This document shows positions 38,545-47,793 of a DNA stretch of 64,000 nucleotides, in pieces. Position numbers and translations under genes: made by a program. How positions within the stretch are numbered: the stretch's first letter is position 1; every line of letters starts with the position of its first letter. The stretch spans positions 2,624,001 through 2,688,000 of the forward strand of contig OZ250150.1 of NCBI GenBank assembly GCA_965237675.1. The letters run 5' to 3'. The notes below the pieces were generated by a model. That model did no database searches and had not been told where the DNA came from. It saw only the letters and a program-made list of their open reading frames with translations. The stretch comes from Candidatus Latescibacterota bacterium (GTDB lineage: Bacteria; Latescibacterota; UBA2968; GCA-2709665).

Positions 38545-39804
38545 ATGTCTTCGGATCATTACGATGTTGTTGTGATCGGCGGCGGGCCGGCGGGAAGCAC
38601 GACCGCGGCTCTGGTGGCGGAGTACGGCCATCGTGTGCTGTTGCTCGAGAGGGCGCAATTTCCCCGGTTTCAGATCGGCGAATCGTTGATGCCCGGAACC
38701 TATTGGTCGTTCAAACGCCTGGGTGTTCTGGACAAGCTGAAGAAGAGTCCGTTTGTGAGGAAATACAGCGTGCAGTTTTTCGGCGGTTCGGGCCGGGGAT
38801 CGGCGCCGTTCTATTTCCATAAACACGATCCCCATGAGAGTTCGATCACGTGGCAGGTGCTGCGAAGCGAGTTCGACCAGATGATGCTGGACAATGCCCG
38901 GGAAAAAGGGGCGCATGTGAAACTTGGCGCCGCCGTGCTCCAGGTGCATTTCTCGGGCGACCGCGCCACGGGGGTTCGGGCCAGAACCCTCGACGGCAGC
39001 GTGAGAGATGTGTCCGCCCGCGTGGTCGTGGATGCCACGGGGCGCAGCGCGTTGATTTCCCGCAAATTGAGGATCAAGACGGAAGAGCCCAGATTGAGGA
39101 AGGCATCTCTGTTTACACACTATCGAGGCGGATTTCGAGACCGGGGGATCGACGAGGGGGCAACGCTGATCCTGCACACCCGTACGAAGGACGCCTGGTT
39201 CTGGTATATTCCGTTGGCCAACGACGTCGTGAGCGTCGGCCTGGTTGGAGATGTCGACTATTTGCTTCAGAATCGCGCGGGAACCCCGCAGGTGATATTC
39301 GAGGACGAATTGCAGGGGTGCCTGCCAATGAAAAGACGGCTGGAGCGGGCCGACCAGATGTTCCCCATGAAGGTAACGCGGGATTTCTCATATCGAGCCC
39401 GTTCGGTTTCGGGCGAGGGCTGGGTGCTGGTGGGCGATGCTTACGGTTTTCTGGATCCCGTGTATTCCTCCGGTGTGTTCCTGGCGCTCAAATCGGGAGA
39501 GATGGCCGCTGATGCGATTCATGAAGCGATCGAAAGAGGCGATTTCTCGGCAGAACAACTCGGCGGATGGGGAGCCGAATTTATCCCGGGCATGGAGGCC
39601 ATTCGGAAACTTGTATACGCGTTCTATACCAGGGAATTCAGTTTCAGCCGGTTCCTGGAAGCGCATCCGGAGTGTCTGAACGGGATTGTGGATATTCTGA
39701 GCGGCAGGATCTACATCAACGATGTCACGCAGATTTTCGGGCCGATGGGGCAGATGTGCAATCTGCCCGAGGACGTTTCCCACTATGCCGGGACCGCTGT
39801 CTGA
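38545..39804 (+). CDS. Flavin-dependent halogenase-like oxidoreductase (PltA/CmlS-type)
   Basis: GGGPAG, FPRFQIGESL, FVRK (candidate catalytic Lys), WFWYIP (WxWxIP), GDAYGFLDPVYSSGV. Confidence 0.8.
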   Translation: MSSDHYDVVVIGGGPAGSTTAALVAEYGHRVLLLERAQFPRFQIGESLMPGTYWSFKRLGVLDKLKKSPFVRKYSVQFFGGSGRGSAPFYFHKHDPHESSITWQVLRSEFDQMMLDNAREKGAHVKLGAAVLQVHFSGDRATGVRARTLDGSVRDVSARVVVDATGRSALISRKLRIKTEEPRLRKASLFTHYRGGFRDRGIDEGATLILHTRTKDAWFWYIPLANDVVSVGLVGDVDYLLQNRAGTPQVIFEDELQGCLPMKRRLERADQMFPMKVTRDFSYRARSVSGEGWVLVGDAYGFLDPVYSSGVFLALKSGEMAADAIHEAIERGDFSAEQLGGWGAEFIPGMEAIRKLVYAFYTREFSFSRFLEAHPECLNGIVDILSGRIYINDVTQIFGPMGQMCNLPEDVSHYAGTAV

Positions 39805-40031
39805 GCCGCCCCCTTCGCAAGAACAACGAGGGTTATGGTTGGACAGTACCGAGCTTCAAGAATCCAACGGGGCTTCGGAACCGTCGAGCCTTCCACTGTG
39901 TGAAGATTCAGCAGGCGATTGACCATCCTTGCGTCGTTCCGGCGCTCAAATGGCAGGCATGCCGCCCCGCGCCGTTGGCCGCGGGCGACGGGATTACGGT
40001 TCTGGCGAAACATTTGAAGGCGGATCGTCCG

Positions 40032-41324
40032 ATGCGGGTTGCGCATATCGCCGCTGGCGCGGCCGGAATGTACTGCGGGAGTTGCATTCACGACAATTCG
40101 CTGGCCGCCGCCCTGAAGCGCATGGGCGTGAATATTGCGTTGATTCCAACCTATACGCCCTTGCGGACCGACGAGCCCGATTCGAGTATCGACCGGGTAT
40201 TTTACGGCGGAATCAACGTCTATTTGCAGCAGAAGTCGAAATTGTTTCGGCGCGCGCCGGAATTTGTCGACCGCCTCATGAACGGGCGTGTACTGTTGAA
40301 GTCGCTATCGTGGTTCAGTGGTTCGACACGCGCGGAAGGCTTGGGGGCGCTCACCGTTTCGATCCTGAAGGGGGAACAGGGGGCTCAGAAGAAAGAACTC
40401 AGGAAGCTGGTTCGGTGGTTGAGAGAAGAACTGCGGCCGGACCTGGTTCATCTGTCCAATTCCATGTTTCTGGGGATGGTGCGCGAGATGAAACGGGAAC
40501 TGGGCGTTCCCGTGTTGTGTTCCGTTCAGGGGGAGGATATCTTTCTGGATGGGTTGACCGAACCGTATCGAAACGAGGCGGTGGGATTGCTGCGGGCTCG
40601 GGCGCGTGACGTCGACGCGTTCGTGGCGACGTGCGATTGGTACGCGGATTATATGGCGGCGTACCTGGACGCGCCGAGGGACCGGATCCACGTTGTTCGC
40701 CTGGGCATCAGGCTGGATGGCCACGGCTCGGTCGAAGGGGTGTTGCCGGAAACCCCGTTCACAATCGGGTATATGGCGCGCATTGCGCCGGAAAAAGGGT
40801 TGCATCTTCTGGCGGATGCTTTCCGGCGGTTGGCCGGAGAGGTCGGCAAAGAGAATGTGAGGCTCCTGGCGGCCGGATATCTCGGCGCTCGGGACAGGAG
40901 TTATTTTCGCGACGTCGTGTCGCGGCTGGACGTCCACGGGCTCTCCGACGTGTTCGAGTACCGCGGCGAGGTGAACCGGAAACAGAAGATTGAGTTCTTG
41001 AACAGCATCCACGTACTGTCGGTGCCGACGCCGTATCGTGAGCCGAAGGGGCTGTTCGTGCTGGAGGCTCTGGCCAACGGCACGCCGGTGGTTCAGCCGC
41101 GGCACGGTGCATTTCCTGAGCTGATTGAACGTACGGGAGGAGGGATCCTGGTGGATCCGGATTCTCCCGCGGCGCTCGCAGAGGGTTTGTCTCATATGAT
41201 GAGGGATAGGGAGACTCGGGAGGCGATGGGAAGAGTAGGTCGGGCGGCGGTACACCGGAGGTTCAGCGACGCGTGCACGGCCGGCGCCATGCTTGAAGTT
41301 TATCGACAATTCGTTGCAGATTGA
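40032..41324 (+). CDS. Glycosyltransferase family 4 with N-terminal YCGSC motif
   Basis: ARIAPEKG, EPKGLFVLEALANGTPVV, GAFPE; start MRVAHIAAGAAGMYCGSC. Confidence 0.85.
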   Translation: MRVAHIAAGAAGMYCGSCIHDNSLAAALKRMGVNIALIPTYTPLRTDEPDSSIDRVFYGGINVYLQQKSKLFRRAPEFVDRLMNGRVLLKSLSWFSGSTRAEGLGALTVSILKGEQGAQKKELRKLVRWLREELRPDLVHLSNSMFLGMVREMKRELGVPVLCSVQGEDIFLDGLTEPYRNEAVGLLRARARDVDAFVATCDWYADYMAAYLDAPRDRIHVVRLGIRLDGHGSVEGVLPETPFTIGYMARIAPEKGLHLLADAFRRLAGEVGKENVRLLAAGYLGARDRSYFRDVVSRLDVHGLSDVFEYRGEVNRKQKIEFLNSIHVLSVPTPYREPKGLFVLEALANGTPVVQPRHGAFPELIERTGGGILVDPDSPAALAEGLSHMMRDRETREAMGRVGRAAVHRRFSDACTAGAMLEVYRQFVAD

Positions 41325-41385
41325 TCCGTTTGTTCCCGATGGGTGTCAGGACGATCCTCAATCGGGATAAGAAAGGAAGGATTCA

Positions 41386-41886
41386 ATGCCAGCCGAACAA
41401 GCGTCGTCATCGGGGCTGACCTGGTTGATCTTTGCCGCGATGACGGTGGGGTCTTGGGGATTGTACGGAATACTTCTGCACACCGGACAGATCGCAATGG
41501 CCGATCCCGTGAACGGGCGGTACAAGGCGTTCCTTCTGGTGGGTGTCGCCTATCTGTTGACCGCCGTGATCGGATCAATGGTTGTTCTTTGGGTGAACGG
41601 AGCGGACTGGTCGTTTCCCGCGCGCGGGTTGACATGGTCTCTGCTCGCCGGCACCGCGGGCGCAATCGGCGCATTCGGCGTGCTTCTCGCCTTCGGCGCC
41701 AGGGGTACCCCTGCCGTGGTGATGTCGATCGTCTTTGCAGGCGCTCCTATCGTAAACGCTGTGGTGTCGCTGGCCATGCACCCGCCCTCAGGTGGATTTG
41801 GCGGTCTGAACTGGCAGTTCGTGTTGGGTATCGTGCTGGCGGCGCTGGGCGGGTGTCTGGTGACACTTTTCAAGCCAGCGTCCTGA
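41386..41886 (+). CDS. Small 5-TM membrane protein (EamA/DMT-like)
   Basis: Five hydrophobic segments; WG.YG and GA.GA...A...G...VVM.IVF.GAPIV. Confidence 0.7.
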   Translation: MPAEQASSSGLTWLIFAAMTVGSWGLYGILLHTGQIAMADPVNGRYKAFLLVGVAYLLTAVIGSMVVLWVNGADWSFPARGLTWSLLAGTAGAIGAFGVLLAFGARGTPAVVMSIVFAGAPIVNAVVSLAMHPPSGGFGGLNWQFVLGIVLAALGGCLVTLFKPAS

Positions 41887-41939
41887 GGACGCCCGGGCGG
41901 GTGATAGCGGAGGTTGGAGAATTCATTCGAGGGATCGTT

Positions 41940-42380
41940 ATGCCATGTGATTTCCATACCACGCGCAGAATAGAGTTTTCGGATACGGATATGGCCGGGA
42001 TTGTGCATTTTTCCCGGTTTTTTGTTTTTATGGAGGCGGTCGAGCACGCATTTCTGCGTTCGCTTGGTACCAGCGTGACGGGTGCCCGGGAAGGGCGGAA
42101 AGTCGGGTGGCCCCGGGTGGGCGCGTCGTGCGATTACGTGAATCCCGCCCGATTCGAAGACGTGCTCGATATCAGGATGAAAGTAATCAGAAAAGGGACG
42201 AGTTCGATAACGTACGGATTCGAGTTTCTCCGGGACGGCGTTATGATTGCACGTGGCCGATTGAGCACGGTGTTCTGCCTGTGCTCCACCGGGGGGCCGT
42301 TCCGTTCCATACCGATTCCCGATTTTATCGCGGATCAAATTCAGGAGTCAGTGGAGGCGGAGGATGACGCTGAGGGCTGA
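41940..42380 (+). CDS. Acyl-CoA thioesterase (4HBT/YbgC hotdog fold)
   Basis: RRIEFSDTDMAGIVHFSRFFVFME, CDYVNPARFED. Confidence 0.88.
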   Translation: MPCDFHTTRRIEFSDTDMAGIVHFSRFFVFMEAVEHAFLRSLGTSVTGAREGRKVGWPRVGASCDYVNPARFEDVLDIRMKVIRKGTSSITYGFEFLRDGVMIARGRLSTVFCLCSTGGPFRSIPIPDFIADQIQESVEAEDDAEG

Positions 42381-43023
42381 GCGGGTTTCCAAACGATACG
42401 GGGATGTGTCCGTTCTCCGTGACGCCTCGTTCGAGATGGCGCGAGGCCAGTCCTTGGCGATTGTCGGACCCTCGGGATCCGGCAAGAGTACGTTGCTGCA
42501 CGTGCTTGGCACCCTCGACAGACCGTCTTCGGGTCGCGTAGAAATCGACAACCGGGACCCTTACGTCCTTGCGGAGAAGGATCTGGCGCGCTTTCGGAAT
42601 CGCGGGATCGGATTCGTATTCCAGGACCACCATCTGCTGCCCCAGTATTCCGTATTGGAGAACGTGCTGATTCCGACGCTGGCTTTTGGTGATGCTGGAA
42701 TCGACGCGGAGGATCGGGCGCGGGCCTTGATCGACCGGGTTGGGCTCGCACATCGGATAGACCACCGCCCGGCGGCCCTGTCCGGCGGCGAACGCCAGCG
42801 TGTGGCGGTGGCGCGGGCGCTGGTCAACCGGCCCGGGCTGCTTCTCTGCGATGAGCCGACGGGCAGCCTGGATCGGGCGCGGGCCGACGAAGTCGGCGAC
42901 CTGCTGTTCGAATTGCATGCTCAAGAAGGAAATATTCTGATCGGGGTCACGCACAGTCTGAAGATGGCCGCACGGTTTGAACGCCGGCTTGAGTTGCGGG
43001 AGGGAGCGTGCGTCGAAGTCTGA
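42364..43023 (+). CDS. ABC transporter ATP-binding protein (LolD/MacB-like)
   Basis: GPSGSGKST, GFVFQDHHLL, LSGGERQRVA, LCDEPTG, VTH. Confidence 0.93.
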   Translation: MTLRAERVSKRYGDVSVLRDASFEMARGQSLAIVGPSGSGKSTLLHVLGTLDRPSSGRVEIDNRDPYVLAEKDLARFRNRGIGFVFQDHHLLPQYSVLENVLIPTLAFGDAGIDAEDRARALIDRVGLAHRIDHRPAALSGGERQRVAVARALVNRPGLLLCDEPTGSLDRARADEVGDLLFELHAQEGNILIGVTHSLKMAARFERRLELREGACVEV

Positions 43024-46000
43024 CCTTTTTCTGGCGTATTCACCTGTCCGTGATGCTCGCCGTGGCGGTGGCCACCGCTGTGCTGACCGGGGCCCTGATG
43101 GTGGGCGATTCGGTACGGGACAGCCTGCGTGATCTGACCCTCGACCGGCTGGGCGATATTGACCATGCGCTCGTTTCGGAACGTTTCTTCCGTGCGGGTC
43201 TGGCGGAGGATCTCGAGCGGAATATGGAAGCATCGTCGGTTGCGCCGGCAATCGTCCTTCGCGGAACGGCTACGCACCAGCAGGGCGGCGCGCGGGCGTC
43301 TCGGGTACGGATCCTGGGCATCGGGTCCCGGTTCGGGGATCTGTTCCATGCGGAGATCCCGGATCTGTCACGCCACGGGATCCCAACACCATTTGTCGTA
43401 AATGAATCGCTGAGGCAAGAGTTGAATGCGCGCGTCGGCGACGGGATTCTACTCTCGTTTGCACGGCCCGGCAGTATCCACCGGGAATCGCTGTTCGGGC
43501 GAGGCGGGGTCTCGGAATCGATCCAGACCGTGCGAGTACAACTCACGGGTGTGCTGCCCGACCGGGGAATGGGTCGTTTCGGTTTGGCCTCGAGTCAGGA
43601 TGCGCCGCTGAATGCGTTTTTATCTCTGCACGTGTTACAGGATGCGCTGGGATTGCCGGATCGGGTGAATATGCTCCTGGTATCAGAGGGGTCGCGGGAT
43701 GCCGGCGATCCGGGGTCGGCGCTCTCCCGGACGGCAACGTTGGACGATTTCGGGCTTTCGATGCGGGTGCAAGCCGATTATCTCACCATTGAAAGCACTC
43801 GGTTTTTCCTGAAACCTCATGTGGCGGATACGGTCCTCGGCCTGGCCGAGGAATGGGGGATGCCACATATGGCGATACTGACCTACCTGGCCAATACGAT
43901 CCAGGTAGGGGATCGCGTATTGCCCTATTCAACGATCGCTGCAATGGGCGCGGGGAGGGTCGGTAGGTTGCGTCTGACGGACGGGAACGGCGCGCCGGTT
44001 CCTGGCGAGGGGGAGTTGCTGCTGAATACCTGGGCGGCGGAGGACCTGCAGGCGAATACCGGCGACGCCGTCGACGTGGTCTATTTCGAGGTCGGTCCGA
44101 AGGAAGCGTTGAATACACGGCGTGTCACATTCAGGCTGGCCGGCGTGGTTGCCATGGAAGGATTGGGCGCCGATTCCCTATTGACGCCGAAATTCCCGGG
44201 TTTGCACGGCGCGGAAGATATGCACGCCTGGGATCCGCCCTTTCCGGTGGATCTGAAGCGCATTCGGCCCGTGGACGAAGCCTATTGGGACGCCTACCGC
44301 GCCGCGCCCAAAGCCATCGTGTCGGCTTCGACCGGACAACGTCTGTGGCGAAGTAGATTCGGCAATCTGACGTCCATTCGGATTGGCCCCGTGCCCGGGG
44401 AAGACATCACGCGATCCGCCGAACGGTTTCGGAGGAGGCTTGGCAGGGCGCTCTCGCCCGAATCAGCCGGGCTTGTATTTCAGCCGGTGAAAGAACTGGG
44501 CCTCGCCGCTTCTTCGGGGTCGACGGATTTCAGCTGGCTTTTCAGCGGATTCAGCCTGTTTCTGATTGTTTCGGCCGCGTTGCTTGTGGGCCTGCTCTTC
44601 CGACTGGGCCTGGAACAGCGTGCGGACGAGGTGGGGGTGTTAATGGCGTTGGGTTTTACCGCCGGAGCGATCCGAAGGCGTTTTATGGGTGAGGCGATCT
44701 GCCTGGCCGGACTGGGGGGGCTGGGGGGCCTTGCGGGAGGAACGGCGTACGGCTGGATCATGATCGCCGGATTGCGCACCTGGTGGGTCCCGGCCGTGGG
44801 GACCACGGAACTCTCCTTGCACGTGAGCGGGTCAAGTCTGGCGGGGGGATATGCGATTTCGCTGATTGTGGTTCTGGTCGCGGTGTGGAAGACCGTCCGG
44901 CAACTGGGCCGCGCGCCCGTTCGCGCCCTCTTGTCGGGGAATGTCGAACCGGAATCAGCGGATCGCGGGCGACGGGCAAGGGTGTATGTCCTCGCGGGTC
45001 TGGGGTTGGCCGCGGCCTGCCTCGGTGGTGCTGTAGACGCGGGCCGCGAAGCGGCGATGGCGCTGTTTTTCGGTTGCGGGGCGTTTCTTTTGGTATCGGG
45101 GCTGGGCATACTCGCCATGTGGTTTCACGGCAGGCGACATGCCGCGGCAACGGGAATCTGGAGAATGGGCCTGCGGAACAGCGCACGAAATCCGGGGCGA
45201 AGTCTGCTTTGCGCATCATTGATCGCGTGCGCCTGCTTTGTGGTTGTGTCTGTTGGCGCGCAGCGGCGCGCCGATGTCACCGAGGATGCGTTGAGCAACC
45301 GGATGTCCGGTGGAGGGGGGTTTCAGCTGGTGGCCGAGACGGACGCGCCGCTTTATCACGATCTCAATTCGGAAGACGGCCGGTTTGAGCTGGGGTTTTC
45401 CGACGAGGATGCGGATGTTCTGGACGGGGCGCGGGTGATGCCTTTCCGTGTGTTGCGGGGAGAAGACATGAGTTGCCTGAATCTCTACCGGCCCCGCCAT
45501 CCACGGGTTCTGGGTGTGCCTGAAGCGATGATTCAACGGGGCGGATTTGCGTTCGAGCGGTTGTTGGATGGAACGGAAACGCCGTGGTCTCTATTGACGC
45601 GGCGCCTGGAGCCGGATGTGATTCCGGCTTTTGGAGACGTGAACTCGGTGACGTGGATCCTGCACAAGGAACTGGGCGACGAGATCTCACTGCAGACAGA
45701 CACCGGGAAGGTTGTCAGGCTGCGGCTCGTCGGACTGTTGAAGAATAGTATTTTTCAGAGTGAATTGCTGGTATCGGAGCCGAATTTTGTCGCGAATTTC
45801 CCCGATCGCAGCGGGTATGGTTATTTCCTGGTCGAGACCGACCGGCCACGTGAATTGGGGCCCCTGCTGGAACGGCGGTTGCAGGACGCCGGTCTCGACG
45901 CAACGTCGACCGCGGCCAGGCTCGCGCGTTACCGGACGGTGGAGAATACGTACCTGTCCACGTTTCAGACGCTTGGCGGGCTGGGGTTGCTTCTGGGCAC

Positions 46001-46328
46001 GTTCGGGTTGGGGATTGTGATGGTGCGGAATGTGGTCGAACGTCGGGGGGAACTCGCGGCGCTGCGGGCGATGGGGTTTCGCAGGTCGCTATTGTCCGGA
46101 CTCCTCTTTATGGAGAACGGATTTCTGATGTCGATGGGCCTGGTCATCGGCGGTGTGTCCGCGGTTGTGACCACCGTGCCCCATTCCACGGTCGGCGATT
46201 TGCCCTGGGGGTCGCTGCTGGCAACCCTCTGTCTGATCTTCCTGGCGGGCCTGCTTTCGGGCGCCGTGGGGATTTTTGTCGCGCTCAGGACCCCTCTGTT
46301 ACCTGCGTTGAAGCGCGAAGGTGCCTGA
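43008..46328 (+). CDS. Double-FtsX/MacB-type ABC permease with large periplasmic domains
   Basis: 1106 aa; two FtsX-like TM blocks (EQRADEVGVLMALGF and ERRGELAALRAMGF). Confidence 0.87.
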   Translation: MRRSLTFFWRIHLSVMLAVAVATAVLTGALMVGDSVRDSLRDLTLDRLGDIDHALVSERFFRAGLAEDLERNMEASSVAPAIVLRGTATHQQGGARASRVRILGIGSRFGDLFHAEIPDLSRHGIPTPFVVNESLRQELNARVGDGILLSFARPGSIHRESLFGRGGVSESIQTVRVQLTGVLPDRGMGRFGLASSQDAPLNAFLSLHVLQDALGLPDRVNMLLVSEGSRDAGDPGSALSRTATLDDFGLSMRVQADYLTIESTRFFLKPHVADTVLGLAEEWGMPHMAILTYLANTIQVGDRVLPYSTIAAMGAGRVGRLRLTDGNGAPVPGEGELLLNTWAAEDLQANTGDAVDVVYFEVGPKEALNTRRVTFRLAGVVAMEGLGADSLLTPKFPGLHGAEDMHAWDPPFPVDLKRIRPVDEAYWDAYRAAPKAIVSASTGQRLWRSRFGNLTSIRIGPVPGEDITRSAERFRRRLGRALSPESAGLVFQPVKELGLAASSGSTDFSWLFSGFSLFLIVSAALLVGLLFRLGLEQRADEVGVLMALGFTAGAIRRRFMGEAICLAGLGGLGGLAGGTAYGWIMIAGLRTWWVPAVGTTELSLHVSGSSLAGGYAISLIVVLVAVWKTVRQLGRAPVRALLSGNVEPESADRGRRARVYVLAGLGLAAACLGGAVDAGREAAMALFFGCGAFLLVSGLGILAMWFHGRRHAAATGIWRMGLRNSARNPGRSLLCASLIACACFVVVSVGAQRRADVTEDALSNRMSGGGGFQLVAETDAPLYHDLNSEDGRFELGFSDEDADVLDGARVMPFRVLRGEDMSCLNLYRPRHPRVLGVPEAMIQRGGFAFERLLDGTETPWSLLTRRLEPDVIPAFGDVNSVTWILHKELGDEISLQTDTGKVVRLRLVGLLKNSIFQSELLVSEPNFVANFPDRSGYGYFLVETDRPRELGPLLERRLQDAGLDATSTAARLARYRTVENTYLSTFQTLGGLGLLLGTFGLGIVMVRNVVERRGELAALRAMGFRRSLLSGLLFMENGFLMSMGLVIGGVSAVVTTVPHSTVGDLPWGSLLATLCLIFLAGLLSGAVGIFVALRTPLLPALKREGA

Positions 46329-46444
46329 GTTCCGCAAAGGCTCGATGAGAATTGGTTTTCGATTGCGGACGGTTGTGGTGTATATTTGATCGAAGATTCG
46401 ACGATCCAGCCAACGCCGTCAATTTCTGGTGAAAGGAGCGCAGA

Positions 46445-47746
46445 ATGAAGACGTTATTCTCGGCTTTAGCCGCGTTGTTTCTGTTGATCGTTACCGGACA
46501 GGCGGCGTCAAATTGGCCGCATTGGCGCGGGCCGAACGGGAATGGGCTGGTCGATGACGGGAATCCGCCCGTGGAGTGGGGCGAGGGAAAGAACATAAGA
46601 TGGAAGGTTCCGATCCCGGGTCTGGGCCATGCGACGCCGATTGTATGGGGGGACCGGATATTCGTTCAGACGGCCGTCCCGACGGAAGAAGTCACGGGGA
46701 GTGACGAACGGGGTCGGCGCGCGGCACCGACGAATCTGTTTCAGTATAAAGTTCTTGCGCTGGACCGGCGAAATGGAAAAACGGTGTGGGAAAAGACGGT
46801 TCGGGAAGCGCGTCCCCACGAAGGGATGCATCAGACGGCATCATTCGCGTCGAATTCGGGCATCACCGATGGAGAGAATCTGTATGCATTTTTTGGTTCG
46901 CAGGGCCTGTACTGCCTGGATATGGACGGCAACTTGAAATGGGAGAAAGATCTGGGTCAGTACAGGAGCCGAAACGCTTTTGGCGAGGGCGCTTCGCCCA
47001 CGATTTACGACAACACACTGATCATCAACTGGGATCACGAAGGGGATTCGTTTATTGTGGCCCTGGATAAGAAAACGGGCAGGGAACTCTGGCGAAACGA
47101 GCGGGATGAGGTCACCTCCTGGTCCACGCCGCTGGCGGTCGAACACAAGGGAAAACGTCAGATCATCGTGAGCGCGTCAAGCCGCACCCGGGGTTATGAC
47201 CTGGAGACCGGGGCGCTGATCTGGGAATGCGGCGGGTTGGGGACGAATGTGATTCCGACACCCGTGCATGCAAATGGGGTGGTCTACGTGACAAGCGGTC
47301 ACGGGAACCCGGCTATGCAGGCGATTTCGCTGGATAGGGCGAAGGGTGATATTTCGGGGTCGGATTCGGTGCTCTGGTCGATTACCCGGGATACGCCCTA
47401 CGTGTCGTCACCGCTGCTTTACGGTCAGAGGCTTTTCTTCTTGAAGAATCGACGTGCGATTCTGTCCTGTTACAACGCCAAAACGGGCGAAGCGTTTTTC
47501 GGTCCACAACGCCTGGAGGGGATGGGCAGCATCTACGCGTCGTTGATCGGCGTGAAAGATCGCGTGTATATCGCCGGCCTGGAGGGCACGACGCTGGTGG
47601 TCAAAAACAGCCCCGAATTCGAGATTCTGGCGGCAAACACGTTGGATGAAGGGACTGCGGCCTCGCCGGTAGTGGTGGGCGATGCGCTCTATCTGAGGGG
47701 GCGCCGGCATTTGTATTGTATCGCGGAAGACCGGATGGATCAATAG
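46445..47746 (+). CDS. Secreted PQQ-like beta-propeller protein 3
   Basis: Signal peptide, NWPHWRGPNGNG, GHATP, GASP, SWSTP, YVSSP, ASPVV. Confidence 0.87.
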   Translation: MKTLFSALAALFLLIVTGQAASNWPHWRGPNGNGLVDDGNPPVEWGEGKNIRWKVPIPGLGHATPIVWGDRIFVQTAVPTEEVTGSDERGRRAAPTNLFQYKVLALDRRNGKTVWEKTVREARPHEGMHQTASFASNSGITDGENLYAFFGSQGLYCLDMDGNLKWEKDLGQYRSRNAFGEGASPTIYDNTLIINWDHEGDSFIVALDKKTGRELWRNERDEVTSWSTPLAVEHKGKRQIIVSASSRTRGYDLETGALIWECGGLGTNVIPTPVHANGVVYVTSGHGNPAMQAISLDRAKGDISGSDSVLWSITRDTPYVSSPLLYGQRLFFLKNRRAILSCYNAKTGEAFFGPQRLEGMGSIYASLIGVKDRVYIAGLEGTTLVVKNSPEFEILAANTLDEGTAASPVVVGDALYLRGRRHLYCIAEDRMDQ

Positions 47747-47793
47747 GTCAAAATCTGCGGTTTAAACGGTAATTGTCGGAGAGGGGAGTTTCG

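Noticed and set aside
31198-47746. PQQ biosynthesis or methanol dehydrogenase locus
   Set aside because: No pqqA-E; the radical SAM is HemN-like rather than SPASM; the propellers are too short for MxaF/XoxF
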